From an uncultured Bacilli bacterium (GTDB lineage: Bacteria > Bacillota_I > Bacilli_A > RF39 > UBA660): DNA of 43,384 bases. The notes beneath the pieces are model-generated. The model was not told the DNA's origin and made no database searches. It was given only the letters and a program-made list of their open reading frames with translations. The translations under genes and the position numbers were made by a program. Location: contig CALVTA010000001.1 in assembly GCA_944359735.1 (NCBI GenBank), forward strand, positions 1 to 43,384. Reading direction: 5' to 3'. How positions within the stretch are numbered: the stretch's first letter is position 1; every line of letters starts with the position of its first letter. Of this stretch, positions 8,634 through 17,174 are shown one piece after another.

Positions 8634-9863
8634 ATGAACGATTCCATATTTGATAAGTTAGACTTTGGATTATTTAAACCTTTGATAGATAATGATGATA
8701 TAACAGATATTTCTTATTGTAATCATGGACAGATTTGGATTCGTTCTTTAACGGAAGGGTCTAAAAGAGTAGAAATTGAAGGTTTGAATGATTCTTTTGT
8801 AGAAAAATTAGCTTTTCAATGTTCTAATGTAATGGGGACGACTTTTAATAATGCTAAACCATTTTTAGATGCTGAATCTACAGAACTTCGTCTTAACTTT
8901 GTTCATGAGTCTATTGCTACTAATGGTATAGCAGTTGTTATTCGTAAAACTCCTGCTAAAATCAGACTTAATAAAGAGAAATTAATTAGTGAAGATTATT
9001 TTACGGCTAATATTCATGATATTTTAATGAAATGTGTTGAAGGTCATTGTAATATTATGGTTAGTGGAGAGACTGGTTCTGGTAAAACAGAATTTGTTAA
9101 ATATTTGGCTAGTCATACTAAAGAAAATGAAAAAATAATTACTATAGAAGATACTTTGGAACTTCATCTTGATAAGATTTTTCCACATCGGGATATTGTT
9201 GCTATGAAAACAAATAATGTAGCAAGCTATAGTGAAGTTTTAGTTACTTGTATGAGACAAAATCCTAAATGGATATTGTTATCTGAAGTTCGTAGTGCAG
9301 AAGCGGTTACTGCTGTTCGTAATTCAATAAGCTCAGGACATAATATTTTATCTACAATTCATGCTGATAAAGCTAGTGCTATACCTTATCGTATGTATTC
9401 ACTTCTTGAAAGTGACATTGATGTAGAACAGTTCTTAAATACAATATATCGTTATATTCAATTGGGTGTTCATATTAAGGCTTATTATAGTAAAGAGTAT
9501 GGTAAATTTCATCGTGAAGTTGATGAAGTTGTGGAATTTTATGTTGATGATGATAATAAACCGCAGTCTCATATACTTTATCAAAAGACTTTTGGTAAGG
9601 CTCCTGTTCAAAATATGCCTAGTAAACATTTAAAAGAATATCTTGAAAATCAAAATATTTTTATAGATAATTTATTTACTAAAGGTGACTCAATGGATGT
9701 TATTAATAATGAAGTAAATGCAGTTAGTGAGTCATTTGTAGAACCTCAGGTTAATGTAGTTGAATCTCCTAATTTTAATATTAGTCAAGAGCAAGTAACA
9801 CCAAATATTAATAATTCAACTAGTCCACTGTTTGATGGTAACTTTCCTACTGAGATAGTTTAA
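8634..9863 (+). CDS. cpaF: CpaF/TadA-type secretion ATPase (GspE/VirB11 superfamily)
   Basis: ATG 8634 lies 9 nt after AAAGGGG (the track starts at GTG 8625). Walker A GETGSGKTE, Asp box ITIEDTLEL, Walker B RQNPKWILLSEVR and His box STIHA. About 70 aa of low-complexity C-terminal tail. Confidence 0.85.
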   Translation: MNDSIFDKLDFGLFKPLIDNDDITDISYCNHGQIWIRSLTEGSKRVEIEGLNDSFVEKLAFQCSNVMGTTFNNAKPFLDAESTELRLNFVHESIATNGIAVVIRKTPAKIRLNKEKLISEDYFTANIHDILMKCVEGHCNIMVSGETGSGKTEFVKYLASHTKENEKIITIEDTLELHLDKIFPHRDIVAMKTNNVASYSEVLVTCMRQNPKWILLSEVRSAEAVTAVRNSISSGHNILSTIHADKASAIPYRMYSLLESDIDVEQFLNTIYRYIQLGVHIKAYYSKEYGKFHREVDEVVEFYVDDDNKPQSHILYQKTFGKAPVQNMPSKHLKEYLENQNIFIDNLFTKGDSMDVINNEVNAVSESFVEPQVNVVESPNFNISQEQVTPNINNSTSPLFDGNFPTEIV

Positions 9864-9879
9864 AGAGAGGAGGGGCTTT

Positions 9880-10773
9880 ATGGTATTATTTTTACTATTA
9901 GTAATTGCTGTTGTTATATTATTATATAGAAATTATAAAGGACAAAATATTTCTAAGTATATTACTGATCAGGTCCAAGCTATATATGATAGATTTGCAC
10001 CTTATTCTTATAAAGTAGTTAGAGAAAAGACTAAGCAATTAGGTCAAGAGTATACAGCTAGACAATATCTTATACAAGTCATTGTGATGGGTGGTTTTGC
10101 TGCTATTGTTACTTATATGTATTTTTATAATATAATTGTATCTCTTATTTATGTAGTAGTTGCAGTTTCTTTTATTCCTTATTTGTCTTTTTTAAGATGT
10201 AAGAGAGTTTATAGTGAATTTATTTTTGAACAAATTCAAGTTTATACTACTAATGTTATTATGGAATTTGCAACAACACAGAGTTTTGTTAAATCTTTGG
10301 AAGGAGTAAGAGATTCTGGAATTTTAGAAGATCCTGTACTTTCTGATATTAATCATATGATAGATATGGCTTATGAAGAAGGATCTATAGATGGTGCTAT
10401 AAATTTTATGAGCGAAAAATATCCATATTATATTGTTAAAAATATGCATCAGTTATTTTTACAAATAACTAAAGAAGGTGCTAAGGATACTGGAGAGAGT
10501 TTAGAAAATATGCAGCTTGATATTGATACTCTTGTTGAAAGTGTTTATCGTGATAGAATGGATAGAGCAACTTTTCATAGAAAATTCTTGCAATATGGTA
10601 TTATGCTTTTCCTTTTAGTTATGTTAGTTCAATATATGCTTGGTAACGAAAGTTATATTGAATTAATTAAAGCTACTTGGGTGCAAATTGTTCTCCACTT
10701 TATTATTATCTTTAATAGTTATTATCTATTAAAGGGAGAAAAATATTATAATGAGAATGTGGGGGTTGAATAG
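9880..10773 (+). CDS. tadB: TadB-like inner-membrane platform protein (T2SSF-like)
   Basis: RBS GAGGAGGGG. N-terminal TM, two central TMs, a helical cytoplasmic domain and C-terminal TMs. Size (297 aa) and position directly after the ATPase fit TadB. Confidence 0.6.
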   Translation: MVLFLLLVIAVVILLYRNYKGQNISKYITDQVQAIYDRFAPYSYKVVREKTKQLGQEYTARQYLIQVIVMGGFAAIVTYMYFYNIIVSLIYVVVAVSFIPYLSFLRCKRVYSEFIFEQIQVYTTNVIMEFATTQSFVKSLEGVRDSGILEDPVLSDINHMIDMAYEEGSIDGAINFMSEKYPYYIVKNMHQLFLQITKEGAKDTGESLENMQLDIDTLVESVYRDRMDRATFHRKFLQYGIMLFLLVMLVQYMLGNESYIELIKATWVQIVLHFIIIFNSYYLLKGEKYYNENVGVE

Positions 10774-10775
10774 GT

Positions 10776-11555
10776 ATGGAAATAGTATTTGTTGCAGTTA
10801 TTATTTTATTTATTTTAATTTATAATAAGACAATTGATAAAAATCAATTTATTAATGATAATAAAAAATATTTTGAAATATTAAGAGAAGATGACTATGA
10901 TTTTTTAGTATATGCAAAATATGGAGATAGTGCTACTCCTAATGTACTATTTCAAAAAAGAATTACTTATGCTATTGCTATTTTCTTTGTATTTATGTTT
11001 TTATTTATTGATGATGTTAGCTTAATTAATATTATTTTAGCTTGTCTTGTAGCAGCTTTTGTTTTTAAAATGCCTTATATGCAATTAAAAAAATATTATA
11101 AAGCTCACTTGCATCAAATTGACATAATGTTGCCATACTATTTAAAGAGTTTAGAAATATTAATACAGCATTATACTGTTCCTGTAGCGATAGGAAAAAG
11201 TATTAATGATGCACCTGATATTTTTAAGCCAGGTCTTAGAGAATTAATTGAAAAAATTAATTCGGGAGACTCTAGTATTAATCCATATATGGATTTTGCT
11301 AATACATACCCAGTTAGAGATTCAATGCGTATGATGCGTCTTTTATATCGTTTAGGTCTTGGTGGGCAAGAGAAAAAACAAGAGCGACTTTTGATGTTTT
11401 CACGTACAGTTTCTAATTTACAATCTAAAGCAAGGGATACTAAATATAAAGAAAGATTAGATCATATGGGCAATCAAACTATGATTATGCTTGTTGTTAC
11501 TGGTGTTAGTGTTATGCTTGTAATTTTGGCATCTATGTTTACGATGATGGGTTAA
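10776..11555 (+). CDS. tadC: TadC-like inner-membrane platform protein (T2SSF-like)
   Basis: Starts 2 nt after the tadB-like stop. LPYYLKSLEILIQHYTVPVAIGKSINDAPDIFKPGLRELIEKINSG...FANTYP...MRLLYRLGLGG follows the T2SSF helix pattern. C-terminal TM. Confidence 0.6.
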   Translation: MEIVFVAVIILFILIYNKTIDKNQFINDNKKYFEILREDDYDFLVYAKYGDSATPNVLFQKRITYAIAIFFVFMFLFIDDVSLINIILACLVAAFVFKMPYMQLKKYYKAHLHQIDIMLPYYLKSLEILIQHYTVPVAIGKSINDAPDIFKPGLRELIEKINSGDSSINPYMDFANTYPVRDSMRMMRLLYRLGLGGQEKKQERLLMFSRTVSNLQSKARDTKYKERLDHMGNQTMIMLVVTGVSVMLVILASMFTMMG

Positions 11556-11563
11556 AAAAAAGA

Positions 11564-11591
11564 TTACAAAATATAAAATATTTGATATAAT
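11564..11591 (+). promoter_or_regulatory. candidate sigma-A promoter with extended -10 in front of the Flp-like ORF
   Basis: TTACAA (11564-11569), 16 nt, TGaTATAAT (TG 11583-84, -10 at 11586-11591). RBS AAAGGAGAG at 11611-19. Confidence 0.45.
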
Positions 11592-11627
11592 TAGTTTTGT
11601 AAGATATTTGAAAGGAGAGATATTTAA

Positions 11628-11777
11628 ATGAAAGAAGCGACTGGTGAATTAAATATGACTGTAGTAACTATTGTTATGATTGGGCTTATTGCGGCTTTTT
11701 TTGCAATATTTTGGCCTCAGATACAGGAACAAATTCAGACAGAATGGACTGATACTACTAATAATGCTAGAGGATAG
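11628..11777 (+). CDS. 49-aa Flp-type pilin-like protein (below ORF-track size cutoff)
   Basis: I translate it as MKEATGELNMTVVTIVMIGLIAAFFAIFWPQIQEQIQTEWTDTTNNARG*. Short polar leader ending in Gly, a hydrophobic helix of about 22 aa and a short polar tail. Good RBS. Sits between the tadC-like and tadE-like genes. Confidence 0.45.
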   Translation: MKEATGELNMTVVTIVMIGLIAAFFAIFWPQIQEQIQTEWTDTTNNARG

Positions 11778-11841
11778 TTATATAATTTAATATTGTAGAA
11801 TAAGGTAATAAACATATTGATTTTGGAGGATGTGATTAATA

Positions 11842-12291
11842 ATGAGAGATGCAATAGGGCAGGTTTTTACTTTACAAATTATATTGGCCTTTGTGCTTTT
11901 GATTAATGGATATATGGCATATTCTGTTAACTATACTAGAGCATTTCGCGTTAAAAATCAAATCGTTAACATTATAGAACAATATGAAGGTCCTAATCAT
12001 GAAGATGCTATAGCAAAAATAAATACATATATTGATCAAATGGCTTATGAAGTTCCTGCACATCTTACTCAAGCATTTTTAAATGATAATAATGGTCAAG
12101 ATGTGAGTTGTCAAAATGGTTGGTGTTATATTGTGCATGATGTTTCTATTGATGGCGCTGATGGAGAGAGAAGAGGAAAATATTATTCAGTAACTACATT
12201 TGTTAATATTAACATTCCTGTTATCAATAATATAGTAGGATTAGGGCAATTTTTAAGAGTTGTTGGTGAAACTAAGACAATTTATGAATAG
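11842..12291 (+). CDS. TadE-like pseudopilin or minor pilin candidate
   Basis: N-terminus MRDAIG/QVFTLQIILAFVLLINGYMAY (Gly followed by a hydrophobic helix), then about 120 aa with 2 Cys. Call rests on position and N-terminal architecture only. Confidence 0.4.
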   Translation: MRDAIGQVFTLQIILAFVLLINGYMAYSVNYTRAFRVKNQIVNIIEQYEGPNHEDAIAKINTYIDQMAYEVPAHLTQAFLNDNNGQDVSCQNGWCYIVHDVSIDGADGERRGKYYSVTTFVNINIPVINNIVGLGQFLRVVGETKTIYE

Positions 12292-12308
12292 AAAAGGGAA
12301 GTGAGATA

Positions 12309-13289
12309 ATGAACGTAATTGTTGCTAATGAAGCGAAAGCAATGTTATCTACTTTGGATATAGATGTTATTAAAAGTGTAGATGGCATTCATACTGCTGA
12401 TGAGATTGTTAATATGTTCAAAAACTTCTTTTATGCAAGAATGATTTTAGATGTCACAGCGATTAAAGATTATGATGATATTACTAATATTCAAAAAATA
12501 TCTATTGGTCTTGATGCTGATAAAATCATTCTTTTACTTCCTAATAATGAAAATTCAACTTCTAGTAGTTATTTGTCTAAAATAATCTCTATGGGTATTT
12601 ATAATTTTACCACAACTGTTGATGGTGTTAAATATTTTTTGGAACATCCTAATACTTATAAAGATGTTGCTCATATTCAGCAACTAAATGATTTATCTAG
12701 TACTATTAATGATAAGGTAGTTGCAGGATCTAGGATTATTGGAATAAAAAATGTTACTGATCATGCTGGTAGTACTACACTTATATATATGTTGAAGAAA
12801 GAACTAGAACAGTCTTATGGTATGAGTGTTGTTGCTATTGAGGTTAATAAACATGATTTTGTTTATTTTAATAGTAATAATATGTTTTCTGTTGATGATC
12901 AACATTTAATGACAGAGATTGTTAGACATAAAGATGCAGCGATTATTTTGATAGATTTAAATGATTCTAGTAATGAAGGTGCTTGTAGTGATGTTTTATA
13001 TTTAATAGAGCCTTCTAGTATTAGATTAAATAAGTTAATGAGAAGAGATAGAAGAATATTTGAAGAATTGAAAGGTAAGAAGATAATTCTTAATATGAGT
13101 TTACTTTCTAATAGTGATATTATGGATTTTGAATATGAAGGTAGAACTAAAGTGTTTTATAATATTCCACCTTTAAATGATAGAGTTAAAAATAGAGTTT
13201 TAGGTGATTTTCTTTCTAAGATAGGACTTATAAACAAACCTAAAGAAAAAGAAGAGGGTGGAAAAATATTTGGATTATTTAGAAGATAA
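12309..13289 (+). CDS. TadZ/CpaE-like ParA/MinD-fold protein with receiver-like N-domain
   Basis: N-terminal pseudo-receiver (MNVIVANEAK...KIILLLPNNE). The C-domain has IIGIKNVTDHAGSTTLIYML at the deviant Walker A position (no Lys) and AIILIDLND as a Walker B-like strand. Confidence 0.55.
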   Translation: MNVIVANEAKAMLSTLDIDVIKSVDGIHTADEIVNMFKNFFYARMILDVTAIKDYDDITNIQKISIGLDADKIILLLPNNENSTSSSYLSKIISMGIYNFTTTVDGVKYFLEHPNTYKDVAHIQQLNDLSSTINDKVVAGSRIIGIKNVTDHAGSTTLIYMLKKELEQSYGMSVVAIEVNKHDFVYFNSNNMFSVDDQHLMTEIVRHKDAAIILIDLNDSSNEGACSDVLYLIEPSSIRLNKLMRRDRRIFEELKGKKIILNMSLLSNSDIMDFEYEGRTKVFYNIPPLNDRVKNRVLGDFLSKIGLINKPKEKEEGGKIFGLFRR

Positions 13290-13292
13290 TAA

Positions 13293-13321
13293 TTGACAAA
13301 TATTAATTATTTATATATTAT
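13293..13321 (+). promoter_or_regulatory. candidate strong promoter for the pilin-like gene
   Basis: TTGACA (13293-13298), 17 nt, TATTAT (13316-13321). RBS AGAGGAG at 13331-37. Confidence 0.5.
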
Positions 13322-13344
13322 TAATGTAGTAGAGGAGAATGTTT

Positions 13345-13740
13345 ATGAATAGTTTAAGTTTAATGAGTTTAGTACAAATTTTGGATACTGCTACTTCAAC
13401 TTCTTTTGATGACGGTCCTTGTCATGGCTTTGGGTTTGTAGTTAGGATAATAAAAAATGGTTTATTTCCTATTTTGCAAATTGGTATTCCTATAGTTTTG
13501 ATTGTTTTAGGTACTTTAGATTTAGGTAAAGCTGTTATTTCTTCTGATGATAAGGCTGTTAAAGAAGCACAATCTAAACTAATTAAAAGATGTATTTATG
13601 CAATTTTAGTATTCTTTATTGTTACACTTGTTAGTTTAGTGTTCAGTATGGTAGGTAGTGTTGCAGGAGAGAAGGCTCCAGGTTTACAGGACTGGAGTGA
13701 ATGTTGGAATAGCCCTGAAGAGGCATCTAGTGGTTCCTAA
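13345..13740 (+). CDS. two-helix hairpin membrane protein, VirB2/TrbC-like or Mbov_0395-type pilin-like conjugal transfer protein
   Basis: ATG 13345 lies 7 nt after AGAGGAG (the track starts at 13339). TM1 LFPILQIGIPIVLIVLGTL, loop DLGKAVISSDDKAVKEAQSKLIKR, TM2 CIYAILVFFIVTLVSLVFSMV. Placed directly upstream of the VirB6/VirB3/VirB4 genes. Has its own promoter and terminator. Confidence 0.5.
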   Translation: MNSLSLMSLVQILDTATSTSFDDGPCHGFGFVVRIIKNGLFPILQIGIPIVLIVLGTLDLGKAVISSDDKAVKEAQSKLIKRCIYAILVFFIVTLVSLVFSMVGSVAGEKAPGLQDWSECWNSPEEASSGS

Positions 13741-13753
13741 TTATATGTAGTTT

Positions 13754-13782
13754 ATAGCAATTGTGATTGCTATTTTTTTTTT
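13754..13782 (+). terminator. rho-independent terminator after the pilin-like gene
   Basis: ATAGCAAT (13754-61), loop TGTG, ATTGCTAT (13766-73), followed by nine T (13774-82). Confidence 0.75.
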
Positions 13783-13818
13783 GAAATGCTATACTTATAT
13801 CATGAGGGAGTGCGTGAG

Positions 13819-15003
13819 ATGAAGAAATTTTTGTATTTAGTAATGTTTGTTTTTTCTTTTTTTGTTGTAGGTAGTATTAATGTTGATGCTAAAACTACAG
13901 AGAAACAATGTAGCTATTATGTTAATGCTGAACAACTTACTGGTGATGGTGGTTCAACAATAGATTGTACGTTTGAATGGAGTGATTCATTGCTCTTTGG
14001 CGGTTTCTCTTATAGTTGTAAATATAAAGTTAATTCTAAAGAAGATGCAACAATATTAATTGGAAATTATAATAAAGAAAGAGGAACAGATTTTAATTTA
14101 TCAAGTTGGTTTAAAGATAATAAATCTTGTCCACGTTATCTTGTTTTTGATTTACATAATTTGTCATCATCAGGTTCTGCTTATGCTGCTAATACAAATC
14201 AACAAGTTGAATTAATTAGAAAAAAATATGGTGCTTCTTTTGCTTCTTATTTGGAAACTAGTATAAAGAAAAATGAACTAGAAAATGATCCTAATAGTGA
14301 AGCTGCTAAAGAATGTGAAGAGAGTAAAAAAGCTCTTGAAGATGCCATTTCTTTATTAGAAGGTAGAAAGAAAAATTGGGAAGAGTTGAATTGTCAAAAC
14401 TATAAATTGAGTGATGAAGAAAGAGAAAATGTAGCTTCTTCTGAAAATATTGAATGGGGGAGGAAATGTAAGGAAATTTTAGATACTTATGATATTTCTG
14501 TTTCTGCTGCAAAAAAGTCATTGAATGATTATGTAAATTCTGGATGTATTAGTAAAAAAAGTCAAGAATATAAAGATTATAAAAACAAAATAACAAACTT
14601 AAAACAGGAAGCTGATAGTGTTAGTAATAATATAGAAGAGCAAAATACAAAGCCATCAGATGCTGAGAAGGAATGGGAGAACTTAAAAGATGGAGTAACA
14701 GCTGAAGATTTTAAGGATCCTGATATTGAATGTGAGGATATTATAGATACGGAAACACCTGGTGCTTTTGGTTGGTTACTTAATACTATTTTAAATTATA
14801 TTAAAGTAATAGGTCCTGTTTTAGTTGTATTATTAAGTGCTATTGATTTTATTAAGGCTATATTTGGTTTTGATGAAAAGGCTATGAAAGAGGCTCAGAA
14901 TAAGTTAATTATTAGATTGGTGGCAGCACTTGCTTTATTTTTGATTCCTACATTGGTTCAATTGTTGTTATCATTTATTAATCAAGCACCATGTGTTTTA
15001 TAG
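13819..15003 (+). CDS. secreted protein with Cys-containing N-domain, charged coiled-coil-like middle and C-terminal pilin-like two-helix module
   Basis: ATG 13819 lies 9 nt after GAGGGAG (the track starts at 13786). Signal peptide MKKFLYLVMFVFSFFVVGSINVDA/K. C-terminus IGPVLVVLLSAIDFIKAIFGFDEKAMKEAQNKLIIRLVAALALFLIPTLVQLLL is paralogous to 13345-13740. Confidence 0.6.
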   Translation: MKKFLYLVMFVFSFFVVGSINVDAKTTEKQCSYYVNAEQLTGDGGSTIDCTFEWSDSLLFGGFSYSCKYKVNSKEDATILIGNYNKERGTDFNLSSWFKDNKSCPRYLVFDLHNLSSSGSAYAANTNQQVELIRKKYGASFASYLETSIKKNELENDPNSEAAKECEESKKALEDAISLLEGRKKNWEELNCQNYKLSDEERENVASSENIEWGRKCKEILDTYDISVSAAKKSLNDYVNSGCISKKSQEYKDYKNKITNLKQEADSVSNNIEEQNTKPSDAEKEWENLKDGVTAEDFKDPDIECEDIIDTETPGAFGWLLNTILNYIKVIGPVLVVLLSAIDFIKAIFGFDEKAMKEAQNKLIIRLVAALALFLIPTLVQLLLSFINQAPCVL

Positions 15004-15017
15004 TTAAATAAATTAAA

Positions 15018-15046
15018 TTGATATTTGTTATTATATTTGATACAAT
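15018..15046 (+). promoter_or_regulatory. candidate promoter with extended -10 ahead of the VirB6-like gene
   Basis: TTGATA (15018-23), 17 nt, TGaTACAAT (-10 at 15041-46). Confidence 0.45.
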
Positions 15047-15082
15047 AATAAAAAATAAAGATGTGAAAGAGAAGTGAGATTC

Positions 15083-17155
15083 ATGTGGAATGACCCTAAC
15101 TTTTTTAATAACTTATTAAGAAGCTTTTTTGCTATGTTAGATAATATAGGTTATTTCTTTTTGGGTGGAATATATGATATTTTCTTTACTGTTGCAAATG
15201 CAAAAATTTTTCAGGGTGATTTAATTAACACTTTTTATTCAAGAATCCAAATGATATTGGGAATTTTGATGATTTTTAAATTATCAATTACAGTTTTACA
15301 GATTATTTTAAATCCAGATATGTTTAAAGATAAACAAAAGGGTGCTGGTTCTATCGTTATGCGATTGGCATTAATAATTGTTATGCTTTCATTGATTGTT
15401 CCAATAGATATTCCTACTAATACTGCTAATAAGAATCCATTGAATGAACAAATCAAAGCTAATGGTATTTTATTCGGTTTTTTATATCAAATTCAAAATA
15501 GTATAGTTGATGATAATATTTTAGGAAAATTAGTTCTTGGTTATAACGTTGACAATACTGCAGATGATAAAAATTCTAATGGTCTGGAACTAAATAATAT
15601 GGCTAGTGTAGGTGATGTTATTACAGCACAAATTGCTAGGGCTTTTATTAGACCAACTTTATCATCATCTGAAAAAGAAGATGAATTTACAGATGAAAAG
15701 GATTATGAAAAGTTTGTCGCTTGCAATGGTGATGAAGCTAATGCTTATTTTAATGAAAATCTTACTTCTGGGACTTTATTAGATCACATAAATGATACTT
15801 GTGAATCTGATGATGGGGAAGTGTATGTTTTTGATTATACAGGATTTGGCGGTGTAGTTTGTTCTATTATTATGACAATAATTATTTTAGGATTTACACT
15901 TGATGTAGCAGTTAGAGCAATCAAGTTAGCATTGTTAAGATTAATTGCACCTATTCCTATAATTTCTTATATTACACCTGGTGCAGAAAAAGATGGAGCT
16001 TTTGGTAATTGGGTTAAGACTTTGACTTCTACTTATATTAGTTTATTTGTTAGATTAGTAATTATATATTTTGGTATTTATTTGATTATATTATTGCGAT
16101 CTGGAGATTTAGTAACTTTGGTAGGAAGTTCAAGCGTCTTTACAACAACTTTAGCAAATGTGTTTATTATAGTGGGTATTCTTGTATTTATGAAGCAGGC
16201 ACCAAAATTTTTCCAAGATATGTTAGGGATTAAAGGTGATGGTAATTTATTTAGTGGCATTGGTACGATGTTAGGAGCTGCTGCTTTAACTGGTGGCTTA
16301 CTGGGGTCTGTAGCTACTAATGCAAGATCATCTTTTTATGAAAATAAAGAGCGTGGTAAAGGTACAATAAAAAGTACTTTAGGAGCTATTGGATCAGGTG
16401 TTGCTGGTGGAATTGGTGGTGCTTTTGTTGGGGGGAAAGCTTTAGCTGCTTCTGATAAAAAACATGCAAGTGCAGTATTTGCAGCAATGCAAAAAAGGAA
16501 TGCTGTAAGAGCTTCTGGTTCTACTTTATTTGGTCGTGCTCAGGCTGGTGCTTCGGCTTTAGTTACAGGTAGAGCATTAGGAGCAGCTGATGAGAAAAAG
16601 CTTGAATTATATGATGCATTTGTAGAAAAAGCTAAGGCTCAAATTCAAATGGCAGAATCAGAAGCTTTAAATGATAACAAAATTATGGGAAATACATCTG
16701 TTATGGAATTTTTTACAGATGAAAATGGTAAACGATCTACTCGTAGTATTAATATAAATGCTAATTATCGTGATTTTGAAACTAGATTTCAAAATGCTAG
16801 GGCGAGAGGTGATAAAACATTTACTTTTGCTGGTCATGAGATTGAACTTGATAGTATAAATGAAAATACATTTGAAAGTCTTAAAAAATCTCAGGCTCGT
16901 GTTTTTGCTAGTCAACAACGTAATTTATCTCCTGATAAGAAAAATCCTAAATTTGCTGGAACTACACAAGACCTTGAGTATGTTGCTAGAAATCTTCAGA
17001 TTGATATAGACCCTTATGATTATGATGTTAATGATAATAAAAGTGTTAAAAAGTCAATGGGTAATGTTATGAATAAAGCACGTGATATTAGAACTAGTAG
17101 TAAACGTAATAGGTATATCGCTAATAGTAAACAGATTAATGGTGGAACTAAATAA
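15083..17155 (+). CDS. VirB6/TrbL-like polytopic T4SS channel protein
   Basis: ATG 15083 (the track starts at GTG 15074). At least 6 hydrophobic helices, a Gly/Ala-rich segment (GAIGSGVAGGIGGAFVGGKALAA) and a hydrophilic C-terminal third. Sits between the pilin-like and PrgI/VirB4 genes as in Gram-positive T4SS loci. Topology and synteny call only. Confidence 0.6.
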   Translation: MWNDPNFFNNLLRSFFAMLDNIGYFFLGGIYDIFFTVANAKIFQGDLINTFYSRIQMILGILMIFKLSITVLQIILNPDMFKDKQKGAGSIVMRLALIIVMLSLIVPIDIPTNTANKNPLNEQIKANGILFGFLYQIQNSIVDDNILGKLVLGYNVDNTADDKNSNGLELNNMASVGDVITAQIARAFIRPTLSSSEKEDEFTDEKDYEKFVACNGDEANAYFNENLTSGTLLDHINDTCESDDGEVYVFDYTGFGGVVCSIIMTIIILGFTLDVAVRAIKLALLRLIAPIPIISYITPGAEKDGAFGNWVKTLTSTYISLFVRLVIIYFGIYLIILLRSGDLVTLVGSSSVFTTTLANVFIIVGILVFMKQAPKFFQDMLGIKGDGNLFSGIGTMLGAAALTGGLLGSVATNARSSFYENKERGKGTIKSTLGAIGSGVAGGIGGAFVGGKALAASDKKHASAVFAAMQKRNAVRASGSTLFGRAQAGASALVTGRALGAADEKKLELYDAFVEKAKAQIQMAESEALNDNKIMGNTSVMEFFTDENGKRSTRSININANYRDFETRFQNARARGDKTFTFAGHEIELDSINENTFESLKKSQARVFASQQRNLSPDKKNPKFAGTTQDLEYVARNLQIDIDPYDYDVNDNKSVKKSMGNVMNKARDIRTSSKRNRYIANSKQINGGTK

Positions 17156-17174
17156 TAAGGGAGTGTGATAATAG

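Noticed and set aside
8634-9863. Reading the secretion ATPase as a T4SS VirB11 rather than CpaF/TadA
   Set aside because: It is flanked by a CpaB-like SAF protein, two T2SSF-like platform proteins and a TadZ-like protein. These accompany Tad ATPases, not VirB11. Only a phylogeny can settle this, so it is listed as the refutation test for the main finding.
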